Origin: an uncultured Candidatus Thioglobus sp. | GTDB lineage: Bacteria; Pseudomonadota; Gammaproteobacteria; PS1; Pseudothioglobaceae | Direction of reading: 5' to 3' | Assembly: GCA_964344985.1 (NCBI GenBank) | Contig: CAYFPI010000002.1 | Span: 5,739 to 69,738, forward strand | DNA length: 64,000 nt | In this document: piece after piece, positions 17,385 to 27,612 of the stretch | Numbering within the stretch: the first letter of the stretch is position 1 | Layout of the letters: each line of letters opens with the position of its first letter | The notes under the pieces: model-generated | Told to the model about the DNA's origin: nothing | Databases searched by the model: none | What the model saw: only the letters and a program-made list of their open reading frames with translations | Program-made: the position numbers and the translations under genes

Positions 17385-19550
17385 ATGAATTTATCAGAAA
17401 TAACTGACGGACTTAACGACAAACAACACGCCTCAGTTGCTCTTGATGATAACCATAATGCTTTAATACTTGCTGGCGCTGGCAGTGGAAAAACACGCGT
17501 ACTTACTCATAGAATTGCTTTTCTAATTACTCAAAAAAATACTCACATAGATTCAATCTTAGCAGTAACCTTTACCAATAAGGCTGCTAAAGAAATGCGT
17601 GAGCGCTTGCAAGCGCTATTAAGACGCCCTATTCAAAGCATGTGGGTGGGTACTTTTCACGGACTAGCGCATCGACTACTAAGAACACATTATGAAAAAG
17701 CAGGACTTAGTTCTGGCTTTCAAATTCTAGATGCTCAAGATCAATTTCGCATTGTTAAACGCTTGATGAAAGAAAATAGTATTGATGAATCAAAATTTCC
17801 AGTTAGAAAAGTCCAATGGTTTATTAATCAACAAAAAGATGAAGGTGTTCGTGCTCAAGATGTAGATCCTGGTTATAACTATTTTGTAAAAAAGAGCTTG
17901 GAAGTATTTGAGCTGTATGAAAAACACTGCAGGGCTAACGACTTAATTGATTTTGCAGAGCTTCTGGTGCGTAGTTATGAATTGTTAAAAAACAACGCTG
18001 AACTACTTGAACACTATCAAAAAAGGTTTGAGCACATATTGGTTGATGAGTTTCAAGACACTAATACTGTGCAATATAAATGGATAAAACTACTGTTTAA
18101 TGGTCAAAACAAAGTGTTTTGTGTGGGTGATGATGATCAGTCCATCTATGGATGGCGCGGTGCAAAAATTGAAAACATTACCAAACTAGAAACAGACTTC
18201 TCTCCTATTCAGACCATTCGCCTGGAGCAAAACTACCGTTCAACTGGCAATATTCTAGCTGCATCCAATGCACTAATTGCGAATAACACTAATCGCATGG
18301 GTAAGTCCTTATGGACTGATTCTGGTAGTGGTGAGCTGATCGATGTGTACGAAGCGCGCACAGAAAAAGACGAGGCAGATTATGTAGTTAGCACCATTCA
18401 AAAGCTTATCAAAGATGGTAGCTCTGCTAGTGATTGCGCCATTCTTTATCGCTCCAATGCGCAATCAAGAATGTTTGAAGAAACTTTAATCAAATATAAC
18501 ATTCCTTATATTATTTACGGTGGACTGAGGTTTTTTGAGCGTGCAGAAATTAAAGATGCTTTATGCTATTTGCGCCTTATAGAAAGCGAGAGTGATAACG
18601 TTGCATTTGAAAGAATTGTTAACTTTCCAACCAGAGGCATTGGCAACGCAACAGTAGAAAAAATACGAGAATTTGCAGCTAGCAATCACACCAATCTGTT
18701 TGAAGCAGCTAGACAAGTAGCACCCACACTTGCAACACGTGCCGCTAATGCGCTAACTGGATTTATCCAACTGATCGAACAAATGAAAGACGACTCTCAA
18801 CACTTGGATTTATCAGAAAAAGTTACTCACCTGTTAAATGCTTCAGGACTTATGAATCATTATGCTAATGACAAGTCAGACAAAGCAGGAAGTAAAAAAG
18901 AAAACTTAGAGGAGTTAATTGCTGCTGCCAATCAGTATCAGCACGAAGAAGATAGTGAAATGAATGAGGTAGTTGGATTTATCTCGCTTGCATCACTTGA
19001 TTCAAGTGGAGATGCCAATGCGCCTGCTAATGATAATGTTCAGCTAATGACTATTCACTCAGCTAAAGGGCTGGAGTTTCCAAATGTGTTTTTAGCTGGC
19101 ATGGAAGAGGATTTATTTCCTTCAAGGCAATCTAAGGATGAACCGCATTTATTAGATGAAGAAAGACGTTTATGCTACGTTGGAATGACGCGTGCACGAA
19201 CAAAATTAACACTTAGCTACGCTAACAAACGCTTTTTACATGGTCAGTCCTTATATGCTTATCCGTCTCGCTTTTTAGACGAGATTCCTAGCAAATATTT
19301 AAATAAAGTTAAGGCTAAATTTGGCGCCACGGTACAAAATTATCAAGAAGATGATATTTTTAACCAAGACATTGAGCCAGCAGCCAATGGTCAGCTTTCA
19401 GTTGGCGCTAACGTTAAACACGGGAAGTTTGGCTTTGGCACTGTGCTTAACTTTGAAGGCGAAGGTGACAGTGCTAGAATTCAAATTAAATTCAAGCAAG
19501 CTGGCACTAAGTGGTTAATCGCCAGTTATGCCAATTTGGAGTTTGTCTAA
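17385..19550 (+). CDS. uvrD: DNA helicase II
   Basis: 721 aa SF1 helicase with GAGSGKTRVLTHRIA. The C-terminal GxxVxHxKFGxGTV tail is typical of UvrD/PcrA. Confidence 0.9.
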   Translation: MNLSEITDGLNDKQHASVALDDNHNALILAGAGSGKTRVLTHRIAFLITQKNTHIDSILAVTFTNKAAKEMRERLQALLRRPIQSMWVGTFHGLAHRLLRTHYEKAGLSSGFQILDAQDQFRIVKRLMKENSIDESKFPVRKVQWFINQQKDEGVRAQDVDPGYNYFVKKSLEVFELYEKHCRANDLIDFAELLVRSYELLKNNAELLEHYQKRFEHILVDEFQDTNTVQYKWIKLLFNGQNKVFCVGDDDQSIYGWRGAKIENITKLETDFSPIQTIRLEQNYRSTGNILAASNALIANNTNRMGKSLWTDSGSGELIDVYEARTEKDEADYVVSTIQKLIKDGSSASDCAILYRSNAQSRMFEETLIKYNIPYIIYGGLRFFERAEIKDALCYLRLIESESDNVAFERIVNFPTRGIGNATVEKIREFAASNHTNLFEAARQVAPTLATRAANALTGFIQLIEQMKDDSQHLDLSEKVTHLLNASGLMNHYANDKSDKAGSKKENLEELIAAANQYQHEEDSEMNEVVGFISLASLDSSGDANAPANDNVQLMTIHSAKGLEFPNVFLAGMEEDLFPSRQSKDEPHLLDEERRLCYVGMTRARTKLTLSYANKRFLHGQSLYAYPSRFLDEIPSKYLNKVKAKFGATVQNYQEDDIFNQDIEPAANGQLSVGANVKHGKFGFGTVLNFEGEGDSARIQIKFKQAGTKWLIASYANLEFV

Positions 19551-19828
19551 TTTAGAGTTTTTTTAAGATCATCAACTGAGAAGCTTTGAACGGTTTGCTC
19601 ATCAGTATAAACCGGCTTCATCTTGGTGTGTGTACCCGCCTCTTTCTCAATTTCTGCTTGACGAGAAATAACAATATTTAAACAATCGGTGATCATTTTT
19701 TGAGTATCTTCCGTTAGTGGATGACGAAGACCTGGCTTGGTCATGGTGTCTTTCGCTACTGAAATCAATGTCTTTCTAACAGCGTTTAACATTCTAACTT
19801 CAAAATCTGGCTTAGTATCGTCGCTCAT
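19547..19828 (-). CDS. conserved hypothetical protein, coupled to nagZ
   Basis: 93 aa with a 4-nt start/stop overlap with nagZ. I recognise no family. Confidence 0.5.
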   Translation of the reverse strand: MSDDTKPDFEVRMLNAVRKTLISVAKDTMTKPGLRHPLTEDTQKMITDCLNIVISRQAEIEKEAGTHTKMKPVYTDEQTVQSFSVDDLKKTLN

Positions 19829-20814
19829 AATAAATTCTCAATATTTTCTAAATGTTGCAAGTGTGTTATTTTATCGGATTTATGCTCAGCATTCCCTTGC
19901 ATTGATTGCAGTTTTTCACTCATCCCCCAATTGTAATCAATCACCTCAAGCACCAGTTCTGGATGATTGCATATCAGCACCATGTCGCACCCACTGCTGA
20001 GTGACACTCTAACACGCTTGGTTATGTCCTTAACAAAATGCGCGCCTTGCATGGACAAATCATCACTAAATACTACGCCATTAAATCCTAGCTTGGCTTG
20101 CAATATCTCCTGGATCCATTTACTAGAAAACCCTGCAGGCTTATCATCCACTTGAGAATACACCACATGTGCTGGCATTAATGCATCAAGACCATTATTA
20201 ATCAAGTCTTTAAAAACTACCATATCTTGAGTTATTTCTTTCATAGGACGATCATCAACTGGCAAATCTAGATGTGAATCAGCAGCAACATAACCATGTC
20301 CTGGAAAATGCTTACCCACGCACTTCATGCCCGCTTCATGCATGCCACTAATCAAACTACCAGCTAGCTTTACTATAACATCTGGATTTGAATCAAAAGC
20401 CCGATCACCAATCACGCTAGAGTTTCCATAATCCACATCCAGCACAGGTGCAAATGAAAAATCTACACCAATTTCTAGCAGTTCATACGCCAACACATAA
20501 CCACAAGAATGTGCCTTTTCAATAGCTTCATCTGGATTTCTGTCATAAATCTCACCCAATACTGCCATTGCTGGAATCTGAGTAAACCCTTCTCTAAAGC
20601 GCTGTACTCGTCCACCTTCATGATCAACCGCGATTAATAGCTGATTGTTAACTTGTCGAATCTGCTTAATTAGAGAACTAACCTGCTCTATTGATTCAAA
20701 ATTTCGAGTAAATAAAATAACGCCACCAATAGATGGTTTTGCCAATTGTTCTTTTTCTAATGTGCTCAGTGCCAAACCTGACACATCCATCATAATTGGA
20801 CCTAGTTCAGTCAT
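19825..20814 (-). CDS. nagZ: beta-N-acetylhexosaminidase (peptidoglycan recycling)
   Basis: 329 aa GH3 protein with the KHFPGHG motif. Confidence 0.9.
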   Translation of the reverse strand: MTELGPIMMDVSGLALSTLEKEQLAKPSIGGVILFTRNFESIEQVSSLIKQIRQVNNQLLIAVDHEGGRVQRFREGFTQIPAMAVLGEIYDRNPDEAIEKAHSCGYVLAYELLEIGVDFSFAPVLDVDYGNSSVIGDRAFDSNPDVIVKLAGSLISGMHEAGMKCVGKHFPGHGYVAADSHLDLPVDDRPMKEITQDMVVFKDLINNGLDALMPAHVVYSQVDDKPAGFSSKWIQEILQAKLGFNGVVFSDDLSMQGAHFVKDITKRVRVSLSSGCDMVLICNHPELVLEVIDYNWGMSEKLQSMQGNAEHKSDKITHLQHLENIENLL

Positions 20815-20819
20815 ATAAA

Positions 20820-22343
20820 TTAATCAATATAAGGTTTTACTTTGTAAACAAGATACAGAATTGGCAATCCAATCACTGTTGTAATCATAAAAAACTCACT
20901 ATAGCCAAATACTTCAACCAGAGAACCAGAATAGCCGCCAAACACTTTAGGGATCAGTGTCATGAGTGATGAAAACACTGCATACTGAACGGCAGTGAAT
21001 TTAATATTAGTTAAGCTGGATAAAAAAGCAATAAAGGCCGCCCCTGCAAGACCTGCTGATAAATTGTCCATGGTGATGGTAATGTAGAGCCATGTAATAT
21101 CATGACCTACATTGGCAAGTACAATAAATAAAAGATTGGTTAGTGCAGACAGTACTGCACCTAAAAATAAAATTCTAAATACACCATATTTGATTGCCAT
21201 TAGACCACCTAAAAAACCACCGGCAATGGTCATAAACAAGCCGAATGTTTTAGAAATAGTGGCGATTTCAACTTTAGTAAAACCCATGTCTTGATAAAAA
21301 ATATTGGCCACTACACCTAATACAATATCACTGATTCGATACAAACCAACTACTGCTAAAAGTAGTAGTGCAACACTCAAACCATAACGCGTAAAGAAGT
21401 CTTTAACTGGCTCTACATAAGTGTTATTAACCATTGTTTGATTAACAATGTGTAGAGAAATGGCTAATTTTGCTGCCACGTAGGTCATGCTAAGTGCAAT
21501 AATCATGCGCGCACTTCCAATCACAAATCCTGCCAAATTTTTGTTGTTAGTTAACTCTGTCAAAGTTGTTTTTACCTCTTTAACAAAATCAGCTGTGTAT
21601 ACAAATGTTGTAATAAATACACTGACAATGATTAGAAATAACAAGAAGAATCTTGTATAGTCAAGTGTTGAATAATGCGCATCTGATTCTTTTGATGTTG
21701 GCTCTGAAATACTTAATGTTGTTGCCACACCAACAAGCATTACTAGCGCCATCACAAGATAGGTGCTAGACCAGGCAGAAGCACTATAAAGCTCTTTGGT
21801 TGAGCCAAAGTAACTGGCTAAAAACAAACCACCTGCGCCAGCAACCAACATGCCAATACGATAACCAGCAATATAAGTAGCACTTAGCATTGACTGCATG
21901 TCTTTATCAGCCGATTCAATTCGGTAGGCATCAATCACAATGTCTTGCGTTGCTGAAGAAAATCCTAATAGTACTGCACCAATAGCCATCATCTCTAAAC
22001 TATCAATACTAGACTGTGGGTCTACTAACGACATAAGCAAAATAGCAGCTATGATTGATAGCTGCGACACCAGCATCCATGCGCGGCGACGCCCTAAGTA
22101 ATTAGTCAACAAAGGCAGTGGTAAGCGGTCAACCAATGGCGCCCAAACAAATTTAAAAGAATAACCTAGCGCTGCCCAAGAGAAAAAAGTAATGGTTGAC
22201 TTGGCAACACCAGCCTCATTAAGCCAAAGACCTAATGTAGAAAAAATAAGCAAAATAGGAATACCTGCTGAGAAACCCAAAAACAGCATGGTAAGCACCC
22301 GAGGGTGGATAAAAAGTTTTAAATCAGCTAACACTGAACCCAA
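20820..22343 (-). CDS. ampG: AmpG-family muropeptide MFS permease
   Basis: 507 aa with 12 or more TM segments. The N-terminal LGFSAGIPILL motif is typical of AmpG. It lies adjacent to nagZ. Confidence 0.8.
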   Translation of the reverse strand: MGSVLADLKLFIHPRVLTMLFLGFSAGIPILLIFSTLGLWLNEAGVAKSTITFFSWAALGYSFKFVWAPLVDRLPLPLLTNYLGRRRAWMLVSQLSIIAAILLMSLVDPQSSIDSLEMMAIGAVLLGFSSATQDIVIDAYRIESADKDMQSMLSATYIAGYRIGMLVAGAGGLFLASYFGSTKELYSASAWSSTYLVMALVMLVGVATTLSISEPTSKESDAHYSTLDYTRFFLLFLIIVSVFITTFVYTADFVKEVKTTLTELTNNKNLAGFVIGSARMIIALSMTYVAAKLAISLHIVNQTMVNNTYVEPVKDFFTRYGLSVALLLLAVVGLYRISDIVLGVVANIFYQDMGFTKVEIATISKTFGLFMTIAGGFLGGLMAIKYGVFRILFLGAVLSALTNLLFIVLANVGHDITWLYITITMDNLSAGLAGAAFIAFLSSLTNIKFTAVQYAVFSSLMTLIPKVFGGYSGSLVEVFGYSEFFMITTVIGLPILYLVYKVKPYID

Positions 22344-22738
22344 GGCATTCCATCATGTCGCCAGCCATTCACATTGCCACGCTGATCATTCTCATCAAGA
22401 TCGCCTTCAAAACCACTAACAACATGAGATACATTGGTAAATCCGTTATTAATTAAACATTTTCCTGCATCATCAGAACGATAACCACTACGACAAATTA
22501 GAATAATTTCAGTATCTAGCACATTGTCATTTTTGATAAAACGTTTAATGGCTGCAATAAAATCAGCCTCGTTTGGCTCCCAATCCGGCTCATCAACCCA
22601 GGGAATGAAAATTGCATCGATTGGACGGCCAACAAATTTATTTTCAGCCTCACAACGAACATCAATAAGTACAGCCTCTTTATTGGCCTCTAAGCGCTCT
22701 AATGCTTTTTTTGGTAGATACTGAACTAGTTGACTCAT
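22328..22738 (-). CDS. rhodanese-domain sulfurtransferase
   Basis: 136 aa with the active-site loop CRSGYRS. Confidence 0.8.
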   Translation of the reverse strand: MSQLVQYLPKKALERLEANKEAVLIDVRCEAENKFVGRPIDAIFIPWVDEPDWEPNEADFIAAIKRFIKNDNVLDTEIILICRSGYRSDDAGKCLINNGFTNVSHVVSGFEGDLDENDQRGNVNGWRHDGMPWVQC

Positions 22739-23160
22739 GAAATTATTATAGCAACATCTTCACCTGTTTGAACATGATCAAACAACTCAATAATATCTTG
22801 GTTTCTCATACGAATACAGCCCTTTGAGCCTGGCACTCCCATTAATGTTTGATCAGGCGTTCCGTGAATGTAAATATAGCGATCTTTGGTGTTTTTGTTG
22901 TGCGACTCAACACCTTCTAGCCACAATATTCGCGTTAATATCCAATCTCTATCATGATACTGTTCAGCCAATTCTTTGCTATATATTTCACCCGTTGGTT
23001 TTCTGGCAACTAGTACAGTATTGACATCAAAATCATCACCTATTTTTTCAGAAATTTTGAATTTCCCAGTAGGTGTACAATAAGAATTTTCTCTCTCTCC
23101 TGTGCCATTTTTTGCACTACTGATTGAGTAGGTTTTATCTTTAATGCTTACCGTTATCAT
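22735..23160 (-). CDS. L,D-transpeptidase (YkuD) catalytic-domain protein, no obvious signal peptide
   Basis: 141 aa with IYIHGTP...SKGCIRMRN (the His/Cys motif). Confidence 0.75.
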   Translation of the reverse strand: MITVSIKDKTYSISSAKNGTGERENSYCTPTGKFKISEKIGDDFDVNTVLVARKPTGEIYSKELAEQYHDRDWILTRILWLEGVESHNKNTKDRYIYIHGTPDQTLMGVPGSKGCIRMRNQDIIELFDHVQTGEDVAIIIS

Positions 23161-24473
23161 TTTGTAAATAATGCAATAGATTCAACATGTGCTGTTTGTG
23201 GAAACATATCCATTACCCCTGCCGTATCAAGCTTATAACCTATCTCAATTAACTTGGCCGTATCACGTGCCAATGTTGCAGGATTGCATGAAACATACAC
23301 CAATCTTTCAACACCTAATTTAGGCAATAATTCTACAATCTCTATCGCACCAGAACGCGCTGGATCGATCAATGCTTTGTTGTAAGTCTTACCTCTAAAC
23401 CACTCAAAACCCTCAACCTCTTTAAAAAGATCTGCCTTGTAAAAATCAGCATTGGTAATAGAATTTTTCTCAGCATTGTATTTAGCGCGCTCAATAAGCC
23501 CCATGTCACCCTCTACGCCCACCACATGTTTAGCATATTTAGCAATTGGTAAAGTAAAGTTCCCTAAACCACAAAATAGGTCAATCACTTCATCGGTATT
23601 ATTAAGTTCAAGCATCCCTAGTGCCAGGTTAATCATTTTTTGATTAAGCTTAAAATTCACTTGGGTGAAATCAGTTGGCAAGAACTCCATCTCAATATCA
23701 TGATCAGGGTGCGAATAGGTCAATACAGCTGGTTTGTCCAGTGGTTTTACCGTGTCCTCTCCGCCACTTTGTGTGTAAAAAGTTACACCTAATTCATCAC
23801 CACAATCCAACAACACCTGCTCATCTTTAACATTTAAGGGCTCAAGATGTCGCAAAATCAATACGGTAGCATTTTCAGCAACCGCCACTTCTAGTTGTGG
23901 GATTTGTGACTTAATAGAAAGCCTTTCTATAGCGTCAGCCAACACTTCAAGATTATCACCTAGAGATGGGTGCAGAACTTCACAACGACTCATGTTAGTA
24001 ATAAAGCCAGATTTTTTCTCTCTAAACCCAACCAATACTTTTTCTTTTTTAGCAACGTAGCGCACACCAAGTCTTGCCTTACGACGATAACCCCAGCTCT
24101 GCACTTGTAATGGATCCAACCAGTGTTTTGGCTCAACTTTGGCTTGCCCTAAAAAAGCATCTTTTAGCCAAGCACCTTTGGCAACAATTTGATCTTCACT
24201 GGATAGGTGCTGAAATGAACAACCACCACAAATGCCAAATACTTCACATTTTGGTGTAATGCGATTATCAGCTGGTTTTAAAACTTCTTTAACATCTGCC
24301 TCTTCAAACTTGGCGCGTGAAAAACTGCGATCAGCAATCACGGTTTCACCTGGCAAAGCGCCAGAGACAAAAATTACTTTTTCATCAAGATGCGCAATAC
24401 CACGACCTTCGTGCGACAAAGATTCTATCTCTAATTCGTAAGTTTTTGCTTTTGGCTTTCTTCTTCTACCCAT
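23157..24473 (-). CDS. rlmD: 23S rRNA (uracil1939-C5)-methyltransferase
   Basis: 438 aa with a TRAM domain, the Fe-S Cys motif CEVFGICGGCSFQH, and a SAM-binding DLFCGLGNF segment. Confidence 0.9.
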   Translation of the reverse strand: MGRRRKPKAKTYELEIESLSHEGRGIAHLDEKVIFVSGALPGETVIADRSFSRAKFEEADVKEVLKPADNRITPKCEVFGICGGCSFQHLSSEDQIVAKGAWLKDAFLGQAKVEPKHWLDPLQVQSWGYRRKARLGVRYVAKKEKVLVGFREKKSGFITNMSRCEVLHPSLGDNLEVLADAIERLSIKSQIPQLEVAVAENATVLILRHLEPLNVKDEQVLLDCGDELGVTFYTQSGGEDTVKPLDKPAVLTYSHPDHDIEMEFLPTDFTQVNFKLNQKMINLALGMLELNNTDEVIDLFCGLGNFTLPIAKYAKHVVGVEGDMGLIERAKYNAEKNSITNADFYKADLFKEVEGFEWFRGKTYNKALIDPARSGAIEIVELLPKLGVERLVYVSCNPATLARDTAKLIEIGYKLDTAGVMDMFPQTAHVESIALFTK

Positions 24474-24476
24474 GAG

Positions 24477-25601
24477 CTATGCATCTAATAATTCAATCCA
24501 ATGTTTGACGGGTATTTTACTTGTCTTTTGCAGATGCATTAAACAACCAATGTTGGCAGTTACAATTAACTCAGGATTAGGTTGCATTAAGTTTTTTAAT
24601 TTATTAGCCCTGAGTTGTTTAGATAATTTTGGCTGAAAAATTGAATAAGTTCCTGCCGAGCCACAACAAAGGTGCGAGTCTTTTACTTTTGCTGGCATGT
24701 AACCTAGCTTATCCAAAATAGAGTTAACCAACCCTGCTAGCTTTTGTCCATGTTGCAAGGTACATGGTTCATGATAAGAAATATTAGCTTTCTCTAAATT
24801 TAATTGACTCAAATCTTTATCCACCAAAAACTCGGCGATATCTTGAGTTTTTCCGGAAATATCACACGCTTTTTGATAATACGGATCTGACTCATCAAAT
24901 AAAGACGGATAATCTTTAACCATTAATCCGCAACCACTAGCACTAGAGATGATGGCTTCCACATCAAACATTGACCAAGCATCAATATTTCTCCTAACTT
25001 TAACAAGTGCATCTTGCTCAGCACTTAAGTGCTGATCAACCGCACCACAACATTGTTTTTGCGGAGTTTCAATTGCATCAAAGCCTAGTTTTGCCAAAAT
25101 ATTTTTAATACTATGATTGATATTCGGCGCCAATACCGGCTGTACACACCCCCCTAACAACAGTACTTTTTTACTACCAACAATTGGCATAATTAGATCA
25201 CCTTGTTTGTTTGAGTGTCTTGCAATAAAACCTATTGGATTAAATAATAATGGCGTAGTTAATAGCTTACGCACAGAATAACGCATTGCTTTTTGCCAAA
25301 TTGGACGTTTTTGTTCAACAAATTCACGACCAATATCAATTAACTTTGAATACTCAACACCTGATGGGCAAGTGGTTTCACATGACCTGCAAGTTAAGCA
25401 GCGATCAAGATGATCAATACTCTTTCGGGAAAATTTATTACTTTCAAGTGATGACTTAATTAAATAAATTCGCCCACGAGGAGAGTCTAATTCACTGCCT
25501 AAAATCTGATAAGTTGGACAGGTGGCCAAGCAAAATCCGCAATGCACACATTTTCTGATAATTTCATTAGCTTTAAAATTTGCAATCTGATGAGTCTGCA
25601 T
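24477..25601 (-). CDS. glcF: glycolate oxidase iron-sulfur subunit
   Basis: 374 aa with CVHCGFCLATCP and CLTCRSCETTCP ferredoxin motifs plus CCG domains. Confidence 0.85.
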   Translation of the reverse strand: MQTHQIANFKANEIIRKCVHCGFCLATCPTYQILGSELDSPRGRIYLIKSSLESNKFSRKSIDHLDRCLTCRSCETTCPSGVEYSKLIDIGREFVEQKRPIWQKAMRYSVRKLLTTPLLFNPIGFIARHSNKQGDLIMPIVGSKKVLLLGGCVQPVLAPNINHSIKNILAKLGFDAIETPQKQCCGAVDQHLSAEQDALVKVRRNIDAWSMFDVEAIISSASGCGLMVKDYPSLFDESDPYYQKACDISGKTQDIAEFLVDKDLSQLNLEKANISYHEPCTLQHGQKLAGLVNSILDKLGYMPAKVKDSHLCCGSAGTYSIFQPKLSKQLRANKLKNLMQPNPELIVTANIGCLMHLQKTSKIPVKHWIELLDA

Positions 25602-26134
25602 TACTCAAAAACCCCTTTTGAATCAAATACGGTCTTTAATTTACTCTCTAGCTGCTCACGTAATGGTGAATGATTTTCATTTACTCGACTTGCTTTTTGA
25701 TGTTGAATATAACTCACAGGCATTACCTTAAAACTAATTTGAGTAACCACCGCTAATTGTCCGCGCGATCCCACCAACATTCTAGCAACATCGTAACCCG
25801 CAACATTTTTCATTACTTGACCACCAAAAGTTAATAACTCACCACTGCCATCAATAATTTGAACACCTAAAACACTGTCAGATAAATCAGGTGCGCCGAT
25901 GGCATAAGCTGCGCCAATACTTTGCTCAATATTTTCGATATAAAAAGGCAATGCTTGATTATGTTCGGCAAGTGCTGAACAAATATCTTTAATCTTTGTA
26001 CCAGCCTTAATAGTAATAACCAACTCTTCTGGGTGATATTCCACTACACCAGAATAATCTAATAAATCAGAGGTAATTTTTAATCGCTCAGATGATTTAA
26101 CCAATACTTGTAACTGCTTAATTCTATCTTGCAT
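25601..26134 (-). CDS. glcE: glycolate oxidase FAD-binding subunit GlcE, unusually short
   Basis: 177 aa. It keeps the FAD-binding core GGQVMKNVAGYDVARMLVGSRGQLAVVTQISFKV and the last LKTVFDSKGVFE element. It overlaps the glcD stop (TAATG). Confidence 0.7.
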   Translation of the reverse strand: MQDRIKQLQVLVKSSERLKITSDLLDYSGVVEYHPEELVITIKAGTKIKDICSALAEHNQALPFYIENIEQSIGAAYAIGAPDLSDSVLGVQIIDGSGELLTFGGQVMKNVAGYDVARMLVGSRGQLAVVTQISFKVMPVSYIQHQKASRVNENHSPLREQLESKLKTVFDSKGVFE

Positions 26135-27564
26135 TAAAAGCGCTCCAACTCAGGATGAGGCAACTTTCCATGATGTACATGCATGGCGCCTAATTCTGCA
26201 CAGCGGTGTAATTCAGGCACCGCCTTGCCAGGGTTTAACAAAGAGCTAGGATCAAACACTGCTTTAATTTTATGAAATATCTCAAGCTCTTTTTCATTAA
26301 ACTGATGACACATTGCATTAAGCTTTTCAACACCCACACCATGTTCACCAGTAATGGTGCCACCCATATCAACACTGATTTTTAAAATTTTAGTACCAAA
26401 CTCTTCAGTTTTTTCTAACTCACCTGGTGTGTTTGCATCGTACAAAATCAAAGGGTGTAGATTGCCATCTCCCGCGTGAAAAACATTAGCAACACGCAGC
26501 TTATATTTTCTCGACAACTCATTAATTTTTTCAAGCATGTCAGCTAGATGGCGTCTTGGAATGGTGCCATCCATACAGTAATAATCTGGTGACAATCGCC
26601 CTACAGCAGGAAAGGCAGACTTACGTCCTTTCCAAAGATCTAGACGCTCTTGTTCGCTTTCTGATACTTTAATGCTGGATGCATCAGATAATACGCTCAA
26701 TACAACATTCAACTCCGCTTGCACCTGCTCTTCAGTGCCATCTAGCTCACACAATAATAATGCTTTTGCATCAAGCGGATAACCAACTTGTGCAAAACCT
26801 TCTGCTGCTTCAATGGCAAAACTATCCATCATCTCCAAGCATGCTGGAACAACACCCTGAGTAATAATATCTGCAACAGCATTAGCACACTGTCTAACCG
26901 AATCAAACCCTGCCATCACAACACGAGCCAATGTTGGGGCTTTAGTAAGCTTAACGGTAATTTCTACAATAATGCCTAGCAAGCCTTCAGAACCATTCAT
27001 AAGTGCTAACAGTCCTAAACCCTTATCTTGACGAGATAGAATTAACTCATTACCATCAATGGTTAGCATTTTGATGGATTCAACATTATGAACCGTTAGG
27101 CCGTATTTTAAGCAGTGTACACCGCCGGAGTTTTCTGCCACATTGCCGCCAATCGTACAAGCAATTTGACTCGATGGATCTGGCGCATAATACAAACCAT
27201 ATTCCTCTACCGCCTCACTAATAGCAATATTTCTAACACCCGGCTCAACCACAGCCAATTGATTTTCACTATCAACCGATTTAATTTTATTTAACTTTGA
27301 CAAGCCTAATACAATCGACTCTGATAACGGCATAGCACCGCCAGCAAGCCCTGTACCAGCACCACGAGTAACAATAGGCGTATTATGTGTTTTACAAATT
27401 TTAACAATTTGCTTAACTTGATCAATATTCTCAGGCAAAGCAACAGCCAAAGGTTTTTGCCTATAAACACTTAAGCCATCACATTCAAATGGACGTGTAT
27501 TTTCCTCACCGGTTAGAATAATACCCTTAGGCAAAGCACGAGATAAATCTTGAATAACAGACAT
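26134..27564 (-). CDS. glcD: glycolate oxidase subunit GlcD
   Basis: FAD/PCMH-type enzyme with TRGAGTGLAGGA. The start at ATG 27562-27564 (MSVIQDLSRALP) is preferred, but the GTG at 27603 is possible. Confidence 0.85.
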   Translation of the reverse strand: MSVIQDLSRALPKGIILTGEENTRPFECDGLSVYRQKPLAVALPENIDQVKQIVKICKTHNTPIVTRGAGTGLAGGAMPLSESIVLGLSKLNKIKSVDSENQLAVVEPGVRNIAISEAVEEYGLYYAPDPSSQIACTIGGNVAENSGGVHCLKYGLTVHNVESIKMLTIDGNELILSRQDKGLGLLALMNGSEGLLGIIVEITVKLTKAPTLARVVMAGFDSVRQCANAVADIITQGVVPACLEMMDSFAIEAAEGFAQVGYPLDAKALLLCELDGTEEQVQAELNVVLSVLSDASSIKVSESEQERLDLWKGRKSAFPAVGRLSPDYYCMDGTIPRRHLADMLEKINELSRKYKLRVANVFHAGDGNLHPLILYDANTPGELEKTEEFGTKILKISVDMGGTITGEHGVGVEKLNAMCHQFNEKELEIFHKIKAVFDPSSLLNPGKAVPELHRCAELGAMHVHHGKLPHPELERF

Positions 27565-27579
27565 GCGAGCAATTATAAT
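27550..27579 (+). promoter_or_regulatory. putative promoter of the aminotransferase gene; its -10 lies in the palindrome ATTATAAT
   Basis: TTGAAT (27550-27555), an 18-nt spacer, then TATAAT (27574-27579). On the other strand the same palindrome places a TATAAT 7 nt before the glcD ATG. Confidence 0.4.
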
Positions 27580-27612
27580 AGTTTCTTTAATTTTATTAAC
27601 CACAAAAAGATT

